Positions 18,764 through 27,688 of a stretch of DNA of 64,000 nt are shown here, piece by piece. This DNA is from Candidatus Bathyarchaeota archaeon (GTDB lineage Archaea > Thermoproteota > Bathyarchaeia > TCS64): NCBI GenBank assembly GCA_018396865.1, contig JAGTRB010000001.1:133970-197969 (forward strand), read 5' to 3'. The position numbers and the translations under genes are program-made. Position 1 is the stretch's first letter. The number at the start of each line of letters is the position of its first letter. Below the pieces are notes generated by a model. The model did not search any database. It saw only the letters and a program-made list of their open reading frames with translations, and was not told the origin of the DNA.

Positions 18764-19300
18764 ATGATTCAAATCAAAATCACCGATAAAACCCCCTGTC
18801 TCCTTGAACCAAGAAAACTCCAGATAACCGCCCAGGCTAATGAATCCTTAAATGAGATCATCCCCATACTCTATTTGGCTATACCGCAATCGCAGTATTC
18901 GAAGGCTTTCGGCTCCATAACCTTCCTATTGGAGGGAAAGCTTGTAACAGTTTACTCTTCAGGGAGAATCAATCTTGGCTGCGTTTTTAGAGAGGAGATC
19001 GCAGTAAAACTTCTAGAAAAATTAAAAAATTTACTTATCAAAGCTTTAGAGTATTATGAAAAGTATGGTACTCCAGACCTCAAGCTCTTAGATATTAGAA
19101 AAAAGCTTAACCCAATTGAAATATACAGTCATCTACCAAAAACAAACTGCAAAGAATGCGGTGAACAGGGATGCTTCGCCTTTGCTGCAAAACTCGCAAA
19201 CGGAAAAAAAACCTTACAAAATTGCCCCCAAATTCAATTACCCCAATACAGTAAAAACAAGGCATACCTAGAGAAAATGTTGCAACCTATAAAATTATAA
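18764..19300 (+). CDS. Fe-S-binding protein (COG4871-like: PC motif, TBP-like domain, C-terminal FeS domain)
   Basis: TPCL, VYSSGRI, LPKTNCKECGEQGCFAFA..CP. Confidence 0.85.
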   Translation: MIQIKITDKTPCLLEPRKLQITAQANESLNEIIPILYLAIPQSQYSKAFGSITFLLEGKLVTVYSSGRINLGCVFREEIAVKLLEKLKNLLIKALEYYEKYGTPDLKLLDIRKKLNPIEIYSHLPKTNCKECGEQGCFAFAAKLANGKKTLQNCPQIQLPQYSKNKAYLEKMLQPIKL

Positions 19301-19352
19301 GATAATTCGTGATAAAGATGCTTGATCTGAGTGGAAAGGGGAAAAAGGTAAA

Positions 19353-19742
19353 ATGATGAGTATGCCAAAAATAGGGATTGTTGCATGCAACAGTGGTGCT
19401 TCAAACACAGGATACCTAACTGGGTTGGCTGCACTTAAAGCTGTTAGGATTTTTGGAAGTGAGAAGGTTGGAATCTGCTCATTGCCTGCATTGGCTAACA
19501 ACACTCCAAGACAAACAATGCTTACTAAAAAAATCGAACATCTTATCGTTATTGATGGTTGCCGCAATGAATGTGCAAGAAGAATATTAGACAGTTTAGG
19601 AATTAAATATGAAAATTACTTAAATCTTGAATATGATCTTCAAATCAAAAAATTGGGACCATTTACAACCATGAATTATTCCATAAAAGATCTTGAAAAA
19701 GTTTCTTCAGCAATTATAAAAAAGATACAAGAGATATATTAG
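19353..19742 (+). CDS. DGC-domain putative zinc-binding protein
   Basis: ACNSGASNTG, ICSL, VIDGCRNECA. Confidence 0.88.
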   Translation: MMSMPKIGIVACNSGASNTGYLTGLAALKAVRIFGSEKVGICSLPALANNTPRQTMLTKKIEHLIVIDGCRNECARRILDSLGIKYENYLNLEYDLQIKKLGPFTTMNYSIKDLEKVSSAIIKKIQEIY

Positions 19743-19996
19743 CTTGGAATTAAATCTATGAGAAAATGGTATTTGCTAAGTCTTCTCATATTTAAAAAAT
19801 ATAAGAATAATGCCTTTCAACATTAATTAAATAATAAAATTAGCTAACTTACTTACAAAGAACGAAAGTTATGATAAAGATGTGTTAGACTTCGAAGGAT
19901 AAAAAGAAGTTCTTTTTACTTACAATCTGTAATAAAGTTTCAAATTATAACAAAATGTATATAAAAGCCCATTTTTAATTTTTTTGAGGGTTTATT

Positions 19997-21472
19997 TTGT
20001 CTGTTGAAGTCTTTCTTTCCTTTTTAAGGAACCCTCTGATAAGACCTATGATTCGCTCTTCTATATCTCCTAAAAATAGGAGAAACTATTTAGAATCTGC
20101 ATTAAATGGCTTAGTTGGAAACAAGACTTCATATTCTTTGAATGAAATTATTTTCTCAAGAATAATTGGTTTGGTTCTAAATCTTGGATTTTTGGCTTTC
20201 GATATCGATAAAAAAGATGCTATCAACTCCCTTAAAATCCCATACTTTAGAAACGGTCTATTTAATGTTCTAGATAGTATAGGTAAATATGGTGTAAATA
20301 AACCCTTAGTACTTTCAGCACCCTTTCTTGTTGTCTGGAACTATACTAATGCCTGTAATCTTAAGTGTAAGCATTGCTATCAAAGCGCGGATAAGCCTTC
20401 CCCAGACGAGCTAACAACGGAAGAGAGTTTTAGGATCGTTGATCAGTTAAGCGAAAGCAAAGTCTCAGCCATTGCATTCTCCGGAGGAGAGCCTTTAATT
20501 AGGGAAGACCTCTTTAGAGTCGCTAGATATGCCCACGATAGGGGTCTCTACGTCTCAATAGCCACAAATGGAACCTTACTAACTGATAATGTGGTGGAGG
20601 AACTTAAGCAGAGTCGTGTTGACTACATAGAGATAAGCCTAGATTCATCAAGGGAAGAGAACCACGATACATTCAGGGGTGTGAGAGGAGCCTTTAAAAG
20701 AACAATGGAGGGAATAAAAAATGCTGTAGAAAAAGGATTTTATACATGCATAGCCATAACCGCTACAAAAAATAACATTAATGAAATTCCTGATATGATT
20801 GACATCGCTAAAAAAATCGGTATTAAGAGAGTTATAGTTTTCAATTTCATACCCACAGGAAGAGGTAAAGAAATCGAAGATCTTGACCTATCTCCAATAG
20901 AAAGGGAAGATCTTCTTAAATACTTATATATGGAGCTAGTTGAGGGGCGAATAGAGGTCCTATCCACAGCTCCACAATACTCAAGGGTATGTTTGCAGCA
21001 GTCCATCGCAACCAGGAGGGGTTTCCTCGCTCCGACCCATTTCGCGGCTCTCGACCTCCATGGGAGAACAAAGAGGTTAGCAGACTTCATAGGGGGATGC
21101 GGTGCAGGAAGGCTTTACTGCGCAATCCAGCCCAACGGCCAAGTAACTCCCTGCGTCTTCATGCCCATAGTTGTTGGCGATCTCAGGAAGCAAAGCCTAA
21201 GGGAAGTTTGGCTGAACTCAGGGGTTATGAACGACCTAAGAGACAGAAAAAGACTAAAAGGAAGATGTAGAAACTGCAAGTATAGAGATCTCTGCGGTGG
21301 ATGTAGAGCCAGGGCATACGCATATTATGGAGACTATTTAGCACCAGACCCAGGATGTATAAGGGAATTGGAAGAGCCAAGCACCCAGTTTTCAATTATC
21401 TCAGCAAAACCTTCAATAACAGTTTCTTCTTCTAGAAATCCAAATTTAAAAGATAATATTTTCTCGATGTAA
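19997..21472 (+). CDS. Radical SAM/SPASM domain protein
   Basis: CNLKCKHC, FSGGEP, GCGAGRLYCAIQPNG.VTPC, CRNCKYRDLCGGCRARAY. Confidence 0.93.
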   Translation: MSVEVFLSFLRNPLIRPMIRSSISPKNRRNYLESALNGLVGNKTSYSLNEIIFSRIIGLVLNLGFLAFDIDKKDAINSLKIPYFRNGLFNVLDSIGKYGVNKPLVLSAPFLVVWNYTNACNLKCKHCYQSADKPSPDELTTEESFRIVDQLSESKVSAIAFSGGEPLIREDLFRVARYAHDRGLYVSIATNGTLLTDNVVEELKQSRVDYIEISLDSSREENHDTFRGVRGAFKRTMEGIKNAVEKGFYTCIAITATKNNINEIPDMIDIAKKIGIKRVIVFNFIPTGRGKEIEDLDLSPIEREDLLKYLYMELVEGRIEVLSTAPQYSRVCLQQSIATRRGFLAPTHFAALDLHGRTKRLADFIGGCGAGRLYCAIQPNGQVTPCVFMPIVVGDLRKQSLREVWLNSGVMNDLRDRKRLKGRCRNCKYRDLCGGCRARAYAYYGDYLAPDPGCIRELEEPSTQFSIISAKPSITVSSSRNPNLKDNIFSM

Positions 21473-21546
21473 TAGAAATGAGTATTGAAAGCTTCAAATC
21501 AATTATACCTCTTATTTATGAAATCTCTTTTCAGGAGTTTATCTCT

Positions 21547-21948
21547 CTATATAATTTTTATGAGTAGCTGAATATTTTTCATCACTTCAGACCTTGAAAC
21601 ACTATAGAAGGTCCATTTTCCCTTTCTCCTTTTCTCGATCAAACCAGCATTTTCAAGTATATTTAAATGATGAGAAATATTAGACTGTGAAATATTTAAT
21701 ATCATCACGATCTCACAGACACACAAATCATATATATTTAAAAGACTTAAAATTTTTATCCTTGTAGGATGTGATAATGCCTTAAAAACTCTACTAACGT
21801 TCCTTACCTTCTCTTTAATACTAAAAACGTCATCTTTAAGTTCTCTCAATCTTTCTTTATATTCATCTAAGTCCTTAATATCGAGTAAACCGGACTCAAC
21901 CAATCTTTTTAATTGTTCATCTATAGCAAAATCTTTCAACAATTTCAA
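21547..21948 (-). CDS. arsR: ArsR/SmtB family repressor with As(III)-type alpha3 site
   Basis: FKALSHPTRIKIL, DLCVCEI, SQSNISHHL, GKWTFY. Confidence 0.9.
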   Translation of the reverse strand: MKLLKDFAIDEQLKRLVESGLLDIKDLDEYKERLRELKDDVFSIKEKVRNVSRVFKALSHPTRIKILSLLNIYDLCVCEIVMILNISQSNISHHLNILENAGLIEKRRKGKWTFYSVSRSEVMKNIQLLIKII

Positions 21949-21986
21949 GAGTTCCCCCTATCATGGTCAACCACCTCCAGCTAATA

Positions 21987-22012
21987 AATAAATGAATTTA
22001 AATATTTTGATT
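21987..22012. promoter_or_regulatory. Candidate ArsR operator, copy 1
   Basis: AATAAATGAATTTAAATATTTTGATT, imperfect 26-bp palindrome. Confidence 0.55.
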
Positions 22013-22112
22013 TAATGGAGTGGAGTTTCAAAGGGATCCTTTCTTTCCCATACCTCTTAACTGCTAATAATCCTTGAGTTATGAGGGCTTCCCCGCTCGA
22101 ATGGAAGACATG

Positions 22113-22138
22113 AATCAAAAAATTTAAATATTTCGATT
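22113..22138. promoter_or_regulatory. Candidate ArsR operator, copy 2
   Basis: AATCAAAAAATTTAAATATTTCGATT, 22/26 palindromic. Shares AATTTAAATATTTYGATTT with copy 1. Confidence 0.65.
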
Positions 22139-22186
22139 TGAGCTTGAAGCGAAGGATGTCAAATAAAAGAGAAAGACGCGAAGATT

Positions 22187-22573
22187 ATGTCTTTAAGGAT
22201 GGAGGTGTCGTTGATGGAAAGGGTTAGGGTTGAAATTTATGAGGGGGATCCCTTCGTGGGCTGCTGCGGGCCTAGAATAGCCTCTAAGGAGGATGTTGAT
22301 AGGCTGAGAAATATGCTTACTGAGAGAAACCACATAATAAAAGCCTTGAAAGAAGAATTTAAGGACAAGATAGAGATTGAGAGGGATATAATAAGCACTC
22401 GAAGGCGGCTTGAAACATATCCAAGGCACATCTATAAGCTTCTAGTAGCTGGCATAAAGGTGCCATTCGTCGTTATAGAAGGCCAGCTCGCCCTAGAGGG
22501 GGAATTCCCCAACCTCGAGGAATTCAGGAGCCTCATAAAAGAGCATATTGATAAGCGTCATAAAAGCCCCTAA
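22187..22573 (+). CDS. ArsD-like metallochaperone (thioredoxin-like fold, vicinal CC); start may be 22214
   Basis: EIYEGDPFVGCCGP and VPFVVIEGQLALEGEFP resemble ArsD N- and C-terminal motifs. Confidence 0.6.
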   Translation: MSLRMEVSLMERVRVEIYEGDPFVGCCGPRIASKEDVDRLRNMLTERNHIIKALKEEFKDKIEIERDIISTRRRLETYPRHIYKLLVAGIKVPFVVIEGQLALEGEFPNLEEFRSLIKEHIDKRHKSP

Positions 22574-22594
22574 ATTTAAAACGCTGGTGGTATT

Positions 22595-22876
22595 ATGAAG
22601 AAGGTTGTCGCTGAGGTGCTTGGTCCAAACCCACCATGTTATAGATGCATGGAGCTTAAGAAAAACGTCGAGGCTGCTGCTAAGAGGCTTGTAGCTGAGG
22701 GGATAGAGGTCGAGGTGAAGAGGCTCGACATAATTTCGAGGGAGGCCATCAGGAGGTATGGCCTGCTTCTCTCCCCAGCGTTAACGGTTAACGGGGTTGT
22801 CGTGACCATGGGCTGGATACCAGACGAGGAGGTCGTCGAGGAGATCCTGAGGGAGGCTGCAGATAAGCGATCATGA
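22595..22876 (+). CDS. Small thioredoxin-family protein (MTH895-like)
   Basis: LGPNPPCYRC, YGLLLSPALTVNG..GWIP. Confidence 0.88.
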   Translation: MKKVVAEVLGPNPPCYRCMELKKNVEAAAKRLVAEGIEVEVKRLDIISREAIRRYGLLLSPALTVNGVVVTMGWIPDEEVVEEILREAADKRS

Positions 22877-22885
22877 GGTGAGAGT

Positions 22886-23917
22886 TTGAATAGTATTCGA
22901 CTCCTCCGAACCGGTCTTCTGCTGGGCTTTGTATTGGCTGTCTTCGGAGCCCTGATCTATTCTAGGATTATGGCATACTCCCTAGCGCCAACCATGAAGC
23001 CAGCCCACTTCCAGGGGCTGAGCCCCTGGGAAATACCCTTGGCATACATCATAGATTATCTAAGCCATGGTTGGCTCTGCCTGCTCTTCGCCTTCGTTGC
23101 CGCGGGCCTCGTCTACGAGTTTATGCCAAAGGAGGTGATCACCAAGTATATGGGCAGCAGCAAAGCCATGGGATACGCTTTAGGTGCGGGTATCGCGCCC
23201 TTCTTCACGGTCTGTTCATGCACCATGGTACCGCTATTCGCAGGCATACTTTACACCGGCTCAGGGATCGGTCCAGCCATAACCTTCCTCTTGACGGCTC
23301 CAGCAGCTAACATATTAACAATCCTACTTACAGGAGAAATCCTATCATGGGAGTTGGCCATCGTCCGAGTGATAGCATCCCTTACAACCGCTGTCGCAGC
23401 TGGTCTAATAATCTCGAAAACACCCTGGGGAAAGACCGTCGAGGAGGAGCATCAACTCACCAGCCAAAATCCTCAATATAATGTTCAGATCGTAAAGCCG
23501 CTTTTAGATGAGAGATTATTGGCAGCATTAAAGTTTAGCAGCTACCTTGCGAAGAGGATCCTACCCTACTTTTTCCTAGGCCTTGTGGTGGTCAGCTATG
23601 TTGAGGCTTACATGGCTGAAGAGGTTGTAGCCACATACCTTACTGGGATCAGCGGAATACTCCTTGCCTCCGTCATAGGTGGACCACTATATACGCCCAC
23701 CCTTGTTGAGATAGTCCTAGGAAGGGGCCTGATGGACCTAGGGATGTCAAAGGCAGCGATGCTCTCTTGGCTGATGGGCCAACCATACGATATCCCCAAC
23801 ATGATCGCAACCTCCAGGATAGTGCGTTGGAAGGTCGTTCTGACCTACGCAGTAATAGCGTGGATCTTCAGCGTCACATTCGGCTTAACTTACGGCCTTC
23901 TCTCGAGATCCTTATAA
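22886..23917 (+). CDS. DUF318/ArsP-type permease
   Basis: PFFTVCSCTMVP, GPAITFLLTAPAAN, GGPLY; multiple TM helices. Confidence 0.88.
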   Translation: MNSIRLLRTGLLLGFVLAVFGALIYSRIMAYSLAPTMKPAHFQGLSPWEIPLAYIIDYLSHGWLCLLFAFVAAGLVYEFMPKEVITKYMGSSKAMGYALGAGIAPFFTVCSCTMVPLFAGILYTGSGIGPAITFLLTAPAANILTILLTGEILSWELAIVRVIASLTTAVAAGLIISKTPWGKTVEEEHQLTSQNPQYNVQIVKPLLDERLLAALKFSSYLAKRILPYFFLGLVVVSYVEAYMAEEVVATYLTGISGILLASVIGGPLYTPTLVEIVLGRGLMDLGMSKAAMLSWLMGQPYDIPNMIATSRIVRWKVVLTYAVIAWIFSVTFGLTYGLLSRSL

Positions 23918-23977
23918 AAAATCATATATAAATGAAAGAGGAAATAAATATTAAAAGAGATATGGTTTGATAAAGGA

Positions 23978-24613
23978 ATGAGTGAGATAGATATTTTCAA
24001 GAAGATGCTGGAGGCAGAGGAGAGGAGAAAGAGGAGAGAGAAATCACTAGTCAACGTTATAGAGATAAGGAAGGTCCTCCCCTGCCTTACAACCCCTGGC
24101 TACATCAGGTTCGAAGCCATGGCTGATAGAGAAATTGGGGAGGTCATCCCCCTGATCTTCCTCCAGTTCCCTCCTGGAAGGTCACACTACAACCCGGCCG
24201 AGGGGACGCTGACCCTGAACATCTATAATAGGATGATAACCCTCCACCCGGACGGAAGGGTCGCCGTCACCAATACAAGGGACCTCGAGGAGGCGGGGGA
24301 GGTTCTCGAGAAGATCAAGTCCTTCATTAACAAGGCCTACTCAACATATTTACGAACCGGGCCGCCAGGCGAGGATGCGGTGGAGGCAGCCATGAAGATC
24401 TCATGGATGGACATATACCAACACCTCCCGAAGACCAACTGCGGAGAATGCGGATACCCAACATGCCAAGCCCTGGCTCTCAAGGCTCTGCTAGGTGAGG
24501 CCAAGCTCTCCCAATGTCCAAGGCTGACAGAGGCTAAATATCTCTCCTCTCGGAATGGGCTGAAAAGGGATCTCGGCCCATTCTTAGCCAAAACCTTGGG
24601 ATTGGATATATAA
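23978..24613 (+). CDS. Second COG4871-like Fe-S-binding protein
   Basis: LPCL, LHPDGRV, LPKTNCGECGYPTCQALA..CP. Confidence 0.85.
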   Translation: MSEIDIFKKMLEAEERRKRREKSLVNVIEIRKVLPCLTTPGYIRFEAMADREIGEVIPLIFLQFPPGRSHYNPAEGTLTLNIYNRMITLHPDGRVAVTNTRDLEEAGEVLEKIKSFINKAYSTYLRTGPPGEDAVEAAMKISWMDIYQHLPKTNCGECGYPTCQALALKALLGEAKLSQCPRLTEAKYLSSRNGLKRDLGPFLAKTLGLDI

Positions 24614-24661
24614 CCATATTGAAATATAGAAGTGAATCATGATTATCTCAATCAATAGAAT

Positions 24662-24988
24662 TCATGATGAATCATGATCATCTTCATCAACTTTTCCATA
24701 CCATCGCTCTAAGAATCTCTCAGTAATCGTGAGGCCCTCCCAGCCCTGCTTAGGGCGTCCTCGGCGTCAGCCTCAGTGAATCTCTCCAATGGAGGGACCC
24801 TCCTCTCCGAGTCTCCATAGGTTACACGGCCGTGCTCTGGGGCGAGGCGCCTTCGTCATTGAGGCAAGCATATCTAGCTCTTCAATGAAATGGATCCCAA
24901 GCCTCTCGACGATGCATTCCCTATTCTCCACGAGCACTTCCCTCACCTCAGAGCTAGGATTATGGCTCCAGCTCCGAATCCCGCACAT
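24662..24988 (-). pseudogene. HEPN-domain gene remnant
   Basis: SWSHNPSSEVRE...ASMT[fs]RLAPEHGRVTYGD..PPLERFTEADAEDAL[fs]ITERFLERW. Confidence 0.65.
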
Positions 24989-25051
24989 CAGTTAGTCCTA
25001 TTTTGTAAGAAACTTTATTTATCAGATTAATTTATTTTCTGATGATGCTTC

Positions 25052-25306
25052 ATGGTTGAGAAGATTAGGGTTGGAGTTCGAGGGCAGGTGGTCATCCCTA
25101 GAAGGCTTAGGAAAAAACTGAAGCTTGAACATGGAACCATCCTTATGGTGGAGGAGACCGGGGATGGGCTCCTCTTAAGGCCGTATGAACCTGTGAAGGA
25201 GATGAAAGGGCTGGGGAGGGGAATCTTCGGAGACCCGATTAAATATCAGAGGAGAATCCGAGAAGAGTGGGGTGCAAAAAAGCTTGAGGATCGCGTTGGA
25301 CACTAA
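25052..25306 (+). CDS. AbrB/MazE-type antitoxin
   Basis: VGVRGQVVIPRRLRKKL..G..L; overlaps the PIN gene. Confidence 0.9.
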   Translation: MVEKIRVGVRGQVVIPRRLRKKLKLEHGTILMVEETGDGLLLRPYEPVKEMKGLGRGIFGDPIKYQRRIREEWGAKKLEDRVGH

Positions 25307-25697
25307 CATACTCATATATTTTCTTGAGGGGATAGAGCCCTACTCTAGTAGGGTTGAGAGCCTCATGAACTCCTTCATGAAGGGAGACAACGAGGGGATA
25401 ATCTCAACGATAAATGTCGCAGAGATCTTGACAGGATTCTATACATCAGGGGATGAAGATGGAGCAGCAAAGACGAAGATGCTCCTCACAGACCTCACTC
25501 TAAACAATTTTGAGATAGTCCCAGTCACCTTTGATATCTCCGATCTAGCCGCAAAGCTTAGGGCGAAGAGGGGAGGAAGGCTGCCCGATGCATTGATTGT
25601 AGCCACGGCGATAAACCGAGGAGCTGAGATTTTATTCTCTAATGATGAGGACATCAAAAGGTTCGAAGAGGATATTAAGGTTTCAAAACTCGAATAG
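25272..25697 (+). CDS. vapC: VapC (PIN) toxin
   Basis: ALDTNILIY, NVAEIL, LPDALIVATA, SNDED. Confidence 0.92.
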   Translation: MQKSLRIALDTNILIYFLEGIEPYSSRVESLMNSFMKGDNEGIISTINVAEILTGFYTSGDEDGAAKTKMLLTDLTLNNFEIVPVTFDISDLAAKLRAKRGGRLPDALIVATAINRGAEILFSNDEDIKRFEEDIKVSKLE

Positions 25698-26033
25698 AGC
25701 TGGATACCTTAAAACTCCATAGCTCCACATATCAAAAGATAATTTATAGATCGTGTAGGGTGAGTAGGTCTATATTACTGTGCAAGTCTGCCCCTACCTA
25801 GCCATGGGTCCAAGAAGACCAAACCCTCAAATTATCCCTTCGATCCCTCCCTAGCTGTGGGGGCTAGATCCCCCTTAGGTTCATCATCCTACCGAGTAGC
25901 AAGCCCGTATTGCCCGGGATTTATATTTAGGAATCTTACTCTTCCGAAGATCAACCACACCTATGATCCCCAGCCGATTAAGGCTCAAACCGCAATGATT
26001 TGTCTTATAGCCCATTAACAAGTTTATGAGAGA

Positions 26034-26969
26034 GTGGAATTCTCCTTTAATGCCGGAGACATGAAGGCCCGAATTCATCTACTGGCTTTAATCCCTATCG
26101 TCCTTATAACGGCTCGAATCGTCGTTATTTACCCAGGAAACCTTGCTCATGGAGCTGATTGGGTTGAGATGGAGGTCAGCTCTTCCGTGTATGGTGTCAT
26201 CGATGGTGACACCTTCGACACCTTCCCGGTTGGCCGTGTCAGGTTGGCTGACGTAAACGCCCCGGAGCTGGGGGAACCTGGGGGAGCTGCGGCGAAAGAG
26301 GCCTTGAAGGGGCTTATCCTCAACTCTAGAGTCTATCTAGATGTGGATGATGTGGGGGTGATGGATAGATATAATAGGCTTGTCTGCGTGGTCTACAGGA
26401 GATACAATTCAACCCACCTGTTGAATGTGAACAAGTGGCTTGTGGAAAACCATTACGTCGAGGTCATCGACTACCCGAACGAGTTCAATCCCCACACCTG
26501 GAGCCTCTACATCTATTATCCCGAGACTAAACTTCCAGAGGGTTACGACCAACTCCTCCAGAATTATATGAGTTTGGAGTCGGATTACTTGAACCTGAAT
26601 GCCGAAGCTGAAAAGTTGAATATGGAATTTGAAAAATTAAAAATTGAATATAGTTCTCTCAGAGAAGTATTTGAAAAATTAAACTCGACATATAGTGATT
26701 TGATAGAAAAATATAATGATTTGGTCTTAAAATATGATAAAATTAAAGGTGATTATGATGCTCTTCAATCATCATATAACAGTTTTAAGTTAGATTATAG
26801 TTCATTAAAAAATATGTACGAAAAAACGAGAATAGAAAATGAGAAATTAGCTTCACAACTAAATGTTTATATGATGTTAACATACCTATTTTTAGGTACA
26901 ACGTTAATGTTTGGATTTTCAACGGTCTACCTTCTAAGGAAGAGGTCTAAAAAGGCTCATATGAGATGA
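26034..26969 (+). CDS. Thermonuclease (SNase-like) with N-terminal hydrophobic helix, coiled coil and C-terminal TM; start probably 26061
   Basis: VIDGDTF, VRLADVNAPE, DRYNRLVC, NVNKWLV; heptad-rich segment; TM followed by RKRSKK. Confidence 0.85.
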   Translation: MEFSFNAGDMKARIHLLALIPIVLITARIVVIYPGNLAHGADWVEMEVSSSVYGVIDGDTFDTFPVGRVRLADVNAPELGEPGGAAAKEALKGLILNSRVYLDVDDVGVMDRYNRLVCVVYRRYNSTHLLNVNKWLVENHYVEVIDYPNEFNPHTWSLYIYYPETKLPEGYDQLLQNYMSLESDYLNLNAEAEKLNMEFEKLKIEYSSLREVFEKLNSTYSDLIEKYNDLVLKYDKIKGDYDALQSSYNSFKLDYSSLKNMYEKTRIENEKLASQLNVYMMLTYLFLGTTLMFGFSTVYLLRKRSKKAHMR

Positions 26970-27059
26970 GATCAAAGAAGCTCTACCTTAACCATCTCAA
27001 AGGGATCCCTCCATCCCCCATTAAACCAATCCTTCCAACCTGACTTCAGCCTCCCCCTT

Positions 27060-27144
27060 AAAGTTGATTCTTGAAGGAAGACTCCCCTGCTCTTCCACTT
27101 CACCGGCTAGATGGATCAATAGATAAAAGTTGATTCTTGAAGGA
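27060..27144. repeat. 19-bp direct repeat, two copies with 66-bp period
   Basis: AAAGTTGATTCTTGAAGGA at 27060-27078 and 27126-27144. Confidence 0.8.
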
Positions 27145-27179
27145 GTTGACCGTTGTCGGATAGTTAACATTTTATTACT

Positions 27180-27430
27180 ATCCGTTCCACTCACCTTGTA
27201 GGGCTTCATAGGTAGCTTTCGCCGCCAACTGTTAAGGACTGCACATTGGGAGCTTACATGCTATATTCTAGGGGGCTAGCCAGTCCTCTTGGAGGCCGCA
27301 CTTTCTACACTTATAAACATGCCTATTCGGCCTGCTTAGCTCGCCACAATATGGGCATGTCGTGGAGGGTTCTTTGCTCAACGGTTTCTGATTTGAAGCC
27401 TTGCTCCATCTATTTATATATCATATAAAT
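27180..27430 (-). pseudogene. tnpB: IS200/IS605-family TnpB C-terminal remnant
   Basis: IYK*MEQGFKSETVE[fs]STTCPYCGELSRPNRHVYKCRKCGLQED..*NIACKLPMC: zinc ribbon plus the region of RuvC-III. Confidence 0.8.
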
Positions 27431-27688
27431 AACAACTACAATTTATTTTTCCTCAATCATCTCAAAATGCTTACTCAAATGATTTCCTATCCTCGTTAAG
27501 TACGCTTGCTACATCCTCTAATGTTGCGATAACCTCATAACATCTTGATTTAGCATCGTCCAGAGGGCCCACCTCCTCTTACAGGCCTCGCTGAGCGTTA
27601 GCAGTCTCTATCATTATAAACAAGTGGTAAGGAGTTTTGTGTAAAGTTAACTGTTAGGGGCTGCTGGTGAACCCTCACCCTGAGCCTC

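Noticed and set aside
27060-27144. Calling the 19-bp repeat a CRISPR array
   Set aside because: Only two copies, shorter than typical repeats, with no leader or cas genes. Kept only as a repeat and a speculative finding.
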